This document shows, in pieces, positions 19,079 through 28,176 of a DNA stretch of 64,000 bases (positions are counted from its first letter, which is position 1; every line of letters starts with the position of its first letter). The position numbers and the translations under genes are program-made. Source of the stretch: Candidatus Aenigmatarchaeota archaeon (GTDB lineage: Archaea; Aenigmatarchaeota; Aenigmatarchaeia; CG10238-14; SpSt-28); the NCBI GenBank assembly GCA_038997165.1, contig JAWBAK010000001.1:372595-436594 (forward strand), given 5' to 3'. The notes beneath the pieces are model-generated. The model searched no databases, had not been told where the DNA came from, and was given only the letters and a program-made list of their open reading frames with translations.

Positions 19079-19303
19079 TTATTTAATTTTTACTCCAGGA
19101 GGTAAATATGCTGAAGATGCTACTTTTTTATTACATTTTTTGCAATACCATATACCTGTTGAAATTCTTTTTAACTTTTTAAAACCACAACTTGGACATT
19201 TATGGAATTTTCTTTGAATAATTTCTATTTCATCGATTTTTTCTCTTAATTTCATTCCATATCTTGCACCAAATCTTCCACTAGGTCCAACTTTTCTTAC
19301 CAT
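19079..19303 (-). CDS. rpl37ae: 50S ribosomal protein eL43 (L37ae)
   Basis: GRFGARYG, CPSC...TGIWYCKKC. Confidence 0.96.
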   Translation of the reverse strand: MVRKVGPSGRFGARYGMKLREKIDEIEIIQRKFHKCPSCGFKKLKRISTGIWYCKKCNKKVASSAYLPPGVKIK

Positions 19304-19489
19304 AGAGAATATATATTTTAATAAAAATTAATATATTTTTGAGTTATCATTTTGAGTTGTTTGTAGAAGAACTACGTCATCATTTTTATTTAAATCAATT
19401 ACTTAAAAATGTTAGAACTCCTAATTTTAACTTTAAAAAATTTCAAAATTCTATTTTTAGTGTTGAATTGCTAGCGATTTATAAATTGA

Positions 19490-19616
19490 TGCGGGGGGTG
19501 GGATTTGAACCCACGACGGCTCTACGCCATCGGGTTTCTTATCATTTATTCAAAGCTTAAGATTTTATATCTTTATCTTAAGCCCGACGCCCTTGGCCAG
19601 GCTAGGCGACCCCCGC
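19490..19616 (-). tRNA. tRNA-Leu(TAA) with 41-nt intron (19536-19576)
   Basis: TCGGG-CT TAA G[intron]A-CCCGA; long variable arm; A73. Confidence 0.93.
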
Positions 19617-19659
19617 TTATAATTTAAATTACATCAAATTAATTTAAATTAATTTAATT

Positions 19660-21069
19660 TTAAGCTTGATCTTGAATATACTTTTCTCCTCTTTTTAATT
19701 TTTCAAAAGCTTTTGTTATTTCTTTTCCTAAATATAAGGCATGATCATATAAACTAAAAAAACTTCCGCCTTTTAAGGAATTGTATATTTCCCAAAAATC
19801 TTTACTTTCGATTTTAAAATCTATTAAAGAATTATCTGGGGTTCTATGTTCTAAAACTATTTTATCATTCTCTTGATAAATTAAAAATAAACCTTTTGGA
19901 TCTTCTACAAATTCTTTCATTTTAAATGAATATTTGTTCAATATTTCTCTTACTAAATTCCAATCATGTTTATAAATATGTGCACTTGTAGAAATTGTTG
20001 TTATTGTTCCAATTTCAAAATTTGATTTAGTTTCTTTATTTATTTCATTAACGATATATTCTGCTAATTTTATTTGTGCTACAATATTTACTGGCCACGC
20101 TTTAACCATATCATTACTTCTAATCCAAACAGTATGATTATAATAATTTTCTGTTATTATTCCTTGAATACCTATTATGCATGGTGGATTTGAAGAATTT
20201 TGATCTATTAAATGATCCCAAGAAATAATTAAAGCTCTTCTTGAATAAGGAGCTTTAGATAATTTATCAATTAAATATTTAACTTGATTTTTTCCAAATC
20301 TATGTTCAAAAATTCTTTCTCCATATGTATATTCTACACTTTCTAATTTTTTTGGATATAGAACTTCATTAATGTGCCTTTCAAAATCTTCTCTTTTCAA
20401 AAATTCAAAAAATTCTTCTTCAATTTTATATTCTTTACCATATAGACCTATAGTAATCATTAAATTTAAAAATTCTTTTTGTGGTTCTTCGTATTCTGAA
20501 AATTTTATACTTCCAAATTTCATTATTAAATCTAAAATTTTTATCCATGCTCTAAAAATACTTGTATCATATATAAAGCTACCGCTTAATGGAATTGGCC
20601 AAGAAGTTAATTCTACTTTTTCTTCAACTATTATATCAATTTTTTCTCTAACTTTTTTTGCATTTATTTTAAAATTTTTTTCTATTTCTTCTTCGAGTTT
20701 TTTAATATTATTTCTTTTAAATTCTTCTCTTAAATCAATAATTTTAACTGTATTTAAAATATTTTCAATTTTATTTATTGGAAAAACTATTTTATAATCT
20801 TTAAAATTTTTGTTTTTAAAAACATCGATTAAAGCTTTTCCACTCAAAGATAAATCAGCACCGTAAATTATTAAAGTATCTATTTTTGGAAATTGTGCTA
20901 ATGTTTCTAAAATAAAATTAATTCCGTAAGTTGTATAAGTAGTTCCAATAATTCCAATTTTACTTCTTATTTTCTCTTGTAGTTGATTTAAAATTATTTC
21001 TTTTTTTGACCATAGAGTTGATATAGCAATATTACTATTTTCATTTAAGATTATTATATCTTTTTTCAT
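19660..21069 (-). CDS. thyA: Thymidylate synthase (ThyA) fused to an N-terminal MtrA-like and a C-terminal DUF4346-like domain
   Basis: TYGERI, SRRA, PPCI, RSND and SAHIY core; N-terminal TLWS...GADLSLSG; C-terminal DPKG...HALYLGKE...YIQD. Confidence 0.85.
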   Translation of the reverse strand: MKKDIIILNENSNIAISTLWSKKEIILNQLQEKIRSKIGIIGTTYTTYGINFILETLAQFPKIDTLIIYGADLSLSGKALIDVFKNKNFKDYKIVFPINKIENILNTVKIIDLREEFKRNNIKKLEEEIEKNFKINAKKVREKIDIIVEEKVELTSWPIPLSGSFIYDTSIFRAWIKILDLIMKFGSIKFSEYEEPQKEFLNLMITIGLYGKEYKIEEEFFEFLKREDFERHINEVLYPKKLESVEYTYGERIFEHRFGKNQVKYLIDKLSKAPYSRRALIISWDHLIDQNSSNPPCIIGIQGIITENYYNHTVWIRSNDMVKAWPVNIVAQIKLAEYIVNEINKETKSNFEIGTITTISTSAHIYKHDWNLVREILNKYSFKMKEFVEDPKGLFLIYQENDKIVLEHRTPDNSLIDFKIESKDFWEIYNSLKGGSFFSLYDHALYLGKEITKAFEKLKRGEKYIQDQA

Positions 21070-21105
21070 ATGTTTTTATTTGTTTGAATTAATAAATAGT
21101 TATAA

Positions 21106-22257
21106 ATGATTGAAATTGCATTAGTCGGAAAGCCAAACTCTGGAAAATCTACATTTTTTAAAGCAGCAACTCTAATGGATGTTAAAATTTCAAATATTCC
21201 TTTTACAACATTAAAACCAAACAAAGGAATTGCTTACGTATCAACTCAATGTGTTTGTAAAGAATTTAACGTTAAGTGTAATCCACAAGATGGATTTTGC
21301 ATAGATGGATTAAGATTTGTTCCAATAGTTCTTTGGGATGTTCCAGGATTAATTCCAGAAGCTCATAAAGGAAAAGGTTTAGGAATAGAATTTTTATCAG
21401 CTATAAATCATGTAGATGGAATTGTTTATATAATTGATATAAGTGGTAAAACTGATTTAGAAGGAAAAGAGATAGAATTTTTAAATCCAATAGAAGAAGT
21501 AAAATTTCTTATAAATGAATTGGTTCAATGGTATAAACAAAATATACAAAAACACATTCCTAAATTTTTTAAAGATAAAAAAGAATTAATAGATGTTTTA
21601 TCTCAAAAACTTAGTGGATTAAAAATTAAAAGGGAACATTTAGAAAAACATATTGATAAAATAGATGATTTAAATAATTTTTCTAAAGCGCTTTTGTTTG
21701 AAAGTAAAAAAATGATTATTGCTGCAAATAAAATTGATGAAAAAAATTCTGAAAAAAATTTAAAAGAATTAAAAGAATTTTTAGAGAAAGAAAATATTAA
21801 TATAAAAGTTGTTGAATGTAGTGCATTAAGTGAATTAATTTTAAGGACTTTAGATCAAAAAGGAATAATAAAATACAATTTTAAAGATTTTGAAATTTTA
21901 AAGAAAAATGAATTAAGTAATGAACAAATAAACGCATTAGAAAAAATTAGAGAATTGTTAAAAAAATATAATGGAAGTTTTATATTGAATGTTTTAAATA
22001 CTTTAGTTTTTGATGTTATGCAATATAAAGTTGTTTTTCCTGTTGAAAATGAAAATAAATTAAGCGATAAAAAGGGAAATATTTTACCAAATGCAATTTT
22101 ATTAGAAAAGGATGCAAAAACAATAGATTTAGCAGAAAAAATTCATTCTGAAATAGCTAAAAATTTCTTATATGCAATAGAGGTTAAAAGTAGAAAAAGA
22201 TTAGGTAAAGATTATATTTTAAATCATAGAGATATAATAAAAATATATCATGCATAG
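21106..22257 (+). CDS. ychF: YchF/Obg-family ATPase/GTPase with TGS domain
   Basis: GKPNSGKST, PFTT, DVPG, NKID, C-terminal TGS. Confidence 0.9.
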   Translation: MIEIALVGKPNSGKSTFFKAATLMDVKISNIPFTTLKPNKGIAYVSTQCVCKEFNVKCNPQDGFCIDGLRFVPIVLWDVPGLIPEAHKGKGLGIEFLSAINHVDGIVYIIDISGKTDLEGKEIEFLNPIEEVKFLINELVQWYKQNIQKHIPKFFKDKKELIDVLSQKLSGLKIKREHLEKHIDKIDDLNNFSKALLFESKKMIIAANKIDEKNSEKNLKELKEFLEKENINIKVVECSALSELILRTLDQKGIIKYNFKDFEILKKNELSNEQINALEKIRELLKKYNGSFILNVLNTLVFDVMQYKVVFPVENENKLSDKKGNILPNAILLEKDAKTIDLAEKIHSEIAKNFLYAIEVKSRKRLGKDYILNHRDIIKIYHA

Positions 22258-22306
22258 TCAGAAGTACTCCTTTTCATCATTATTCAGATGCGGCGGCATT
22301 CTTCAT
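22258..22306 (-). ncRNA. C/D-box sRNA
   Basis: ATGAAGA - ATGCCGCCGCAT - CTGA - ATA - ATGATGA - AAAGGAGTACTT - CTGA: canonical boxes with two 12-nt guides. Confidence 0.88.
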
Positions 22307-22340
22307 AAAGTAATTTAAATAATTTTTATAAATTTTTTAA

Positions 22341-23621
22341 TCAAATTAAATGTGTTGGAAGCTTTTTTATAAGTCCGTTATCATATAATAATTTTAAATA
22401 TTTACCTTCAAGAAGTTCGTTCAACACATCTTTTTGCTCTTTTCCTTCTTTTACTTCTCTTTTAATATAATCTAAAGTAAGCTTTAAAGATCTAAGAATA
22501 TCTGTACTATTTATTTTTTCTTTTTCACAGAGACTTAAAAGATCTTCATTTAAAAGTCTTTCTATTTCTTTACTTGTTAGATCACCTCCCAAAAAATGTA
22601 TTTTAATTATTTTTTGAAATATTAGATCTATACTTATTGCACTTTTAGAAAATAATAAACTATTAACAATATATTCAGTCAAGTTTTTAATCAATTTTGT
22701 TTTTGGTTTTATTCTACCGGAAATTACTAAGGGAGAAAAGGCTGCTAAAGTTAGTAAATCTTTTTCTTCTTTTGATAAAGAGTTTTCTCCATAAGCAAGT
22801 ACAATTGGTTCAGCATGAAAACATAAGGGTCCTTTCATTATTTGTTCTCCATCTTTTATTATAATAAATCCTTTTATTTCATTACAAAAAAGAAAGCAAG
22901 AATATTTATCTTTTTTATCTTCTTTATAAATGGAAATTGAAACTGAAGGATAATAATAATGAAGGTATTTTTTCATTTCCTCTTTATGTTTTAGTACGTC
23001 ATCCAATATAAGATAGCTATTTTGAGAAAGTAGATATTCTATTTTTTCCTTCAAAATAGAATAATGAAACCACAAAACAAAATTTTTAATATTAGAAATA
23101 CCATATATTTGAGCGATTTGAATTAGAAATTGTGGAAAAAGAGATAAAAAAAATATATTTTGAGAAATAAGTTCACCTATTTCTTTTATTTTTTCTTCTC
23201 CTATTTTTTCTTCTAATTCTAATCTTTTTGCTTCGAGATATTCTCTCATTTTTTTTTAATTTTTCTCTACTTTTCTCATCAATTTCTATTATGTTTTCCC
23301 TTATTTTATTTCTTATTGAAGATGTTAGCTCTTCCAATTCTTCTTGAATAGGTTTGCAAACTCTCATAAAAATTTCATAAGATACTAATGCGCTTGCAAA
23401 ATCACTAGTATCACATTTGGACGAAATAATAATTTCATTTGTTGGTACATAATAAAAACTACTGGGGGGGGGGGGAATTTTGCCAATATAATATTAAGAT
23501 TTATCCTTTCCCAATCAATATTTAATGAAAGATTTTCTTTTATTCTATAAAGTTCTTTTTCAAATCGATTTATAATTTCTTTGGAATTTTGAAAGTTATT
23601 GTATTCATTATGTTTATTCAT
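22341..23621 (-). pseudogene. Hypothetical gene of about 425 aa, split by frameshifts at a C12 and an A9 tract (pseudogene, phase-OFF allele or assembly error)
   Basis: ORFs 23385-23621, 23173-23367 and 22341-23249 join into one frame if C12 becomes C10/C13 and A9 becomes A8. Confidence 0.7.
23464..23475. repeat. G12/C12 homopolymer
   Basis: 12 consecutive G on the + strand in an extremely AT-rich sequence. Confidence 0.95.
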
Positions 23622-23684
23622 AATTTGTATAAGGATAGATTATTAAAATAAGTATTAGAAGTATCAAAGAACTATTTTTATTAT

Positions 23685-23824
23685 GCCGGGGTCGCCTAGC
23701 GGAAATGGCGCCGGCCTCGAGTTAAATGATAAGCTCTGGGGTAGCTGAAAGATAATGATGATTTTGTTATAAGAGAAAGCCGGTGGGCTCTAAGCCCGCG
23801 TGGGTTCAAATCCCACCCCCGGCG
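23685..23824 (+). tRNA. tRNA-Ser(CGA) with 56-nt intron (23722-23777)
   Basis: CCGGC-CT CGA G[intron]A-GCCGG; long variable arm; G73. Confidence 0.93.
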
Positions 23825-23940
23825 AAATTTTATTTTAGATTAATATTAGAAAAATTATTTAATTCATTTGATTTAAATGTTTAAAATTTAGTTTTAATTT
23901 TCTTTAAAAATAATCGATTTAAAAGAAATCAAAAAATGTT

Positions 23941-24918
23941 TTAAAGTTTCTCTATAATATTATCTTTAACTCTAAAAACTTTTCCTAAGAATTTTTCTAT
24001 AGTATAAATATTTGTGAGCGTATGATTTGTAATTTCTTCAACTTTTACTATAGACTTTTCTTCACATAATGCCAAATAAATTAAAATTTGATCTGCCATA
24101 TACTTATCTAAGCACGCATTAGAATTTTCAGCATTTTTTAAATTGTTAATAGCAATCTTTGAATTTTCTAAACTATCGCTTCCTAAAACGCAATTTTCAT
24201 AATAAGATGCAATAGTAACAGAAAAACCTTTACTTAATGTTTTTTCATTTCTTACATATAGTTCAACTTCTTTTAATTCGTTTTTTATGATTTCAGTTTC
24301 TTCCCTTATTCTTTTTTCATTTTCAAATGCAGATATTCTTGCTACATACTTTATAAAATTCTTTCTTTCAATCATTTCTACACCATTTAATTTTTTTATT
24401 GGGTAAATTTCTATTTCAACTATTCCTCCACCTTTTGGATAAAACCCATGTCTTACTATATTAATTTCTGGTTTTTCTATGCCTAAAAATTTTAAGTTTT
24501 CGAATTTAACTAAATCTATATAATCTATTGTTGGTGCATGTAATACACATGTACCACCAATTATTCTTAGTTTAACTTTTTTATTTGATAAAAAAGCTAT
24601 TATTGGATATATAGTTTGCAAAAATAGAGAAATGCTACCAGCAGTTCCAATATTAATTTCTTCAAAATTTGGAATATTTTCTTCTTTCGGAATAAATTCG
24701 ACTTCAGTACTTCCAATAAATAATCCTTTAACTTCCGCATTTAATAATTTAGCTGCAAATTTTGCTCCAGCCAAGTGCTGAGCTTTCAATCCTGGTTGTG
24801 GTCTATTTTTTCTAATATTATAAATTCTAAAAGGTTTTTTAAGAATGCAAGATAAAGCTATTGAAGTTCTTAAAATTTGACCACCACCTTCTAAATAGCT
24901 ACCATCGATTTCGATCAT
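23941..24918 (-). CDS. rtcA: RNA 3'-terminal phosphate cyclase
   Basis: IDGSYLEGGGQILR, PGLKAQH, GFYPKGGG, ADQI, TNHTLTN. Confidence 0.96.
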   Translation of the reverse strand: MIEIDGSYLEGGGQILRTSIALSCILKKPFRIYNIRKNRPQPGLKAQHLAGAKFAAKLLNAEVKGLFIGSTEVEFIPKEENIPNFEEINIGTAGSISLFLQTIYPIIAFLSNKKVKLRIIGGTCVLHAPTIDYIDLVKFENLKFLGIEKPEINIVRHGFYPKGGGIVEIEIYPIKKLNGVEMIERKNFIKYVARISAFENEKRIREETEIIKNELKEVELYVRNEKTLSKGFSVTIASYYENCVLGSDSLENSKIAINNLKNAENSNACLDKYMADQILIYLALCEEKSIVKVEEITNHTLTNIYTIEKFLGKVFRVKDNIIEKL

Positions 24919-24943
24919 AAAATAATTTTGATTTTTTAAAAAA

Positions 24944-25014
24944 TGGGTCCGCCCGGAGTCGAACCGGGATCTCCGCCTCGTAAGGGCGGCGTCCTACCGC
25001 TAGACTACGGACCC
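24944..25014 (-). tRNA. tRNA-Val(TAC)
   Basis: CCGCC-CT TAC GA-GGCGG on the reverse strand. Confidence 0.93.
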
Positions 25015-25064
25015 ATAAATTTATAAAAAAGATTAAAGTTAAATTCATCTTTATACAATATTGT

Positions 25065-25163
25065 TGGGGCCGCTGGGATTTGAACCCAGGTTAACGGGTT
25101 TCCTCATTTTATCGGTGCTCCATTTCTGGAGCCCGCCGTCCTACCTGGCTAGACTACGGCCCC
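25065..25163 (-). tRNA. tRNA-Trp(CCA) with 26-nt intron (25100-25125)
   Basis: GCGGG-CT CCA G[intron]A-CCCGT. Confidence 0.93.
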
Positions 25164-25202
25164 AATAATAAAAAATTTTTATATTTTTCGATATTAATTT
25201 AT

Positions 25203-25601
25203 ATGGCAGAATTTAGATTAAGAGGATATACATTAGAAGAATTGGAAAAGATGAGTATAGAAGATCTTGCAAAAAAAGTATTTGATTCTAGAACTAGAAG
25301 AAAAATTCTAAAAAGAGGATTTACTGAACAAGAAAAAAAGTTTTTGGAAAAAATTAAAGAAATAAAACAAAAGAATCCAAATAAATTTATAAAAACACAT
25401 TTAAGACAAATGGTAATTTTACCTATAATGGTTGGATTAACAATTGGAGTTCATAACGGAAAAGAATTTGTGCCAGTGAAGATTAAACCAGAAATGATAG
25501 GCAGAAGATTGGGCGAGTTTTCAATTCCTATAAAAGAGGTAAAACATGGTGGTCCAGGAATTGGAGCTACTAGAGGAACTAAATTCTTATCTGTTAAATG
25601 A
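25203..25601 (+). CDS. rps19: 30S ribosomal protein uS19
   Basis: [24 protein letters not shown]. Confidence 0.97.
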   Translation: MAEFRLRGYTLEELEKMSIEDLAKKVFDSRTRRKILKRGFTEQEKKFLEKIKEIKQKNPNKFIKTHLRQMVILPIMVGLTIGVHNGKEFVPVKIKPEMIGRRLGEFSIPIKEVKHGGPGIGATRGTKFLSVK

Positions 25602-25951
25602 TTGCTTCAGCATATATTAAAAATCTTAGAATTTCTACTAAGCATGCAACATACATATCTAAAATTATTAGAGGCAAAAATGCGTTAAAAGCAAAAAAAT
25701 TTTTAGAATTAGTTGCTAAGCAAAAATTAACTTTAGATGGTAAAAAGTATTATTTAAAGGCTACTAAAGCTATACTTAAAGCTTTAGAAAGCGCATTAGC
25801 TAATGCAAAGCAAAAAGGTTTAGATGAAAATAAATTAAAAATAAAAATAATAGAAGCTCATAAAGGTTTTAAATTGAGAACTCCAAAAAGATGGAAATTT
25901 AGAGGTAGAGAAAAGAAAAATACACATATTAAAATTGTCTTATCATATTGA
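25598..25951 (+). CDS. rpl22: 50S ribosomal protein uL22
   Basis: [21 protein letters not shown]; operon position. Confidence 0.93.
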   Translation: MIASAYIKNLRISTKHATYISKIIRGKNALKAKKFLELVAKQKLTLDGKKYYLKATKAILKALESALANAKQKGLDENKLKIKIIEAHKGFKLRTPKRWKFRGREKKNTHIKIVLSY

Positions 25952-25952
25952 T

Positions 25953-26540
25953 ATGGGAGCAACAGAGAAAAAAATAATAGCTCAAAAAATTATTGAAGTT
26001 GAATTAGAAGATTATTTAAAAAGCATATTTGAAAGAGCTGAATATAGCAATTTAAAAGTAGAGAAAACCCCAATATTAACTAGAATAATAGTTTTTGTAG
26101 GAAAACCTGCTATAGCAATTGCTAAATTAAGGAAAAGAGAAGAGGAAATAAAAGAGATACTTATAAAAAAATATAATATTTTAAATCCACAAATTGTAAT
26201 TCAAGAAGTTCAAAATCCATATTTAGATGCAAGAATAGTTGCATATAGAATAAAAAGAGCTATAGAAAGGGGTATAAATTTTAAAAAAGCAGCTTTATTT
26301 TATATAGAGAAGTGTATGGAAAGTGGTGCTACTGGAATAGAAGTTAGAATCTCTGGAAAATTATTAGGTAAAGAAAGAAGTGCAGCTTACAAATTTAGTA
26401 AAGGATATATTTTACATACAGGATTTTTAAAGGAAGTTTATGTTGATGAAGCACTACAACAAGCAATAATACCTGTTGGTATTGTAGGAATAAGAGTTCG
26501 AATATTAAAATATTTACCACAAATAATTTCTGCAAAATAA
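25953..26540 (+). CDS. rps3: 30S ribosomal protein uS3
   Basis: KH domain, NPYLDAR, GIEVRISGK, GIRVRI; ATG start at 25953. Confidence 0.95.
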   Translation: MGATEKKIIAQKIIEVELEDYLKSIFERAEYSNLKVEKTPILTRIIVFVGKPAIAIAKLRKREEEIKEILIKKYNILNPQIVIQEVQNPYLDARIVAYRIKRAIERGINFKKAALFYIEKCMESGATGIEVRISGKLLGKERSAAYKFSKGYILHTGFLKEVYVDEALQQAIIPVGIVGIRVRILKYLPQIISAK

Positions 26541-26749
26541 TGGCAATTTTAAAAATTAAAGATATAAGAAATATGAAAACTGAAGAATTATTAGAAAAAT
26601 TAAAAAATTATAAGGAAGAACTTAGAAAATTAAAGATGCAGACAGAAATGAAAAGGCCTATAAAAAATACAAGTAGAATAAGAGAACTAAGAAAAACTAT
26701 TGCAAGAATTCTTACAGTTTTGAAAGAAAGAAATATAAAAATTAAATGA
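26540..26749 (+). CDS. rpl29: 50S ribosomal protein uL29
   Basis: MAILK...IRELRKTIARILT. Confidence 0.95.
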   Translation: MAILKIKDIRNMKTEELLEKLKNYKEELRKLKMQTEMKRPIKNTSRIRELRKTIARILTVLKERNIKIK

Positions 26750-27042
26750 GTGAAATTTGTCAAATTTGTGGTTTACCAAAGGATTTATGTATTTGCGAGA
26801 GGAAAATAGAGGAAAAAATTATTATTAGAACAGAAAAAAGGAGTTATGGAAAAGTTGTTACTTTAATTAATGGTATTCAAAGAGATAATAAAGAATTAAA
26901 AGAAATAGCAAGTAAGCTAAAAAGTAAGTTGGGTTGTGGGGGAACTATAAAAAATGGAATTATAGAATTACAAGGCGATCATAGGAGAAGAATTAAAGAG
27001 CTACTTATTGAATTAGGATTTAAAAATATTGAAATTTATTAA
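26746..27042 (+). CDS. sui1: Translation initiation factor SUI1/aIF1
   Basis: CGLPKDLC, LKSKLGCGGT, IELQGDH. Confidence 0.95.
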   Translation: MSEICQICGLPKDLCICERKIEEKIIIRTEKRSYGKVVTLINGIQRDNKELKEIASKLKSKLGCGGTIKNGIIELQGDHRRRIKELLIELGFKNIEIY

Positions 27043-28160
27043 CTAATGGCTTCAAAACAAATATTTTTTGATTTTGCATATTCATATGCTTTTTTAATTT
27101 CTTCATAATTTAGTTTTCTGGCAATTTCATCAAATTTTTCTGGAAATTTTAAAACTAAATATTCTGGATGATATTGATCCATAATGTTTACTAAAACATT
27201 TGGTATATTTTTTGAAATCCAATCCAAAACTTTATAGGTGCAACATTCTAAATGATTTGGTAAGACTAAATGTCTAACAATTATATTTTCTCCAAAATCG
27301 TAAATTATCTTATGATTTCTTGAGACAATTTCAAAGTAATTCTTTATTTTACTATATTTATATGCACATTTATTATTTCCATATTTAAAATCTGGTAACC
27401 AAATATCAATAACATCTAATAATAACTCTAGACTTTCTTTTGTCATATACATATTCGAATTCCAAAGCAACGCAATGTTTTCATTAAAATATTTTAAGCT
27501 TTCTAAGATTGTATGTAAATTTTGATCAGGATTACCACCTACAAAATTTATATTTATTGCTCCTTTATCATATAATTCTTTTTCTATTTCTGCAAGTTGT
27601 AAAGAATTTATTTCAAATCCATTTTTTGGATTTTGACTTATGTCCCAATTTTGACAATATACACATTTAAAACTACAGCCAGTAAAGAAAATTGTACCAG
27701 ATGGAATTAGTGGAGCTTCTTCTCCATAATGTAAAAAAGCAGATGCAACTCTAGCAATATTATCTAATCCACATTTTCCTTTTTTTCCTTCTAATCTTTT
27801 TGCTAAGCATAAATTTTCGCAAAATTTACAAGGAGATAGCATTTTATAAGCTAATTCTATTTTAACATCCAAAAAATTGTTTTTATTATTATTATTTTTA
27901 TCTATTTCCTTAATTTCGATATTTTTACCATTTTTTATTTTTTCAAATTTATCTAAAAATTCATTTCTTAATTCAGAATGAATTTTCCAAAGTTCTTTCT
28001 CTTCCAATTCTTTTAAATTTAAATTTTCTTTTAATTTTATGCTCTTTACAATTAAATATTTTGCTTTAACTTCATTTTTTAAAACTTTATAATACCAATT
28101 AAGTCTTTCTTTAACTTCTTTATTTTTCCAAATGTTTATTGCATCTAATCTAAAAATCAT
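27039..28160 (-). CDS. Radical SAM protein (PflX-like)
   Basis: GTIFFTGCSFKCVYCQN, DFKYGN, VRHLVLP; start placed at MIFRLDA. Confidence 0.9.
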   Translation of the reverse strand: MIFRLDAINIWKNKEVKERLNWYYKVLKNEVKAKYLIVKSIKLKENLNLKELEEKELWKIHSELRNEFLDKFEKIKNGKNIEIKEIDKNNNNKNNFLDVKIELAYKMLSPCKFCENLCLAKRLEGKKGKCGLDNIARVASAFLHYGEEAPLIPSGTIFFTGCSFKCVYCQNWDISQNPKNGFEINSLQLAEIEKELYDKGAININFVGGNPDQNLHTILESLKYFNENIALLWNSNMYMTKESLELLLDVIDIWLPDFKYGNNKCAYKYSKIKNYFEIVSRNHKIIYDFGENIIVRHLVLPNHLECCTYKVLDWISKNIPNVLVNIMDQYHPEYLVLKFPEKFDEIARKLNYEEIKKAYEYAKSKNICFEAIS

Positions 28161-28176
28161 AAAATTTAATATTTTT

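Noticed and set aside
19345..19385. Possible extra C/D sRNA (minus strand ATGATGA-CGTAGTTCTT...ATGA) downstream of tRNA-Leu
   Set aside because: Only the C box is convincing; there are no clear D'/C' boxes
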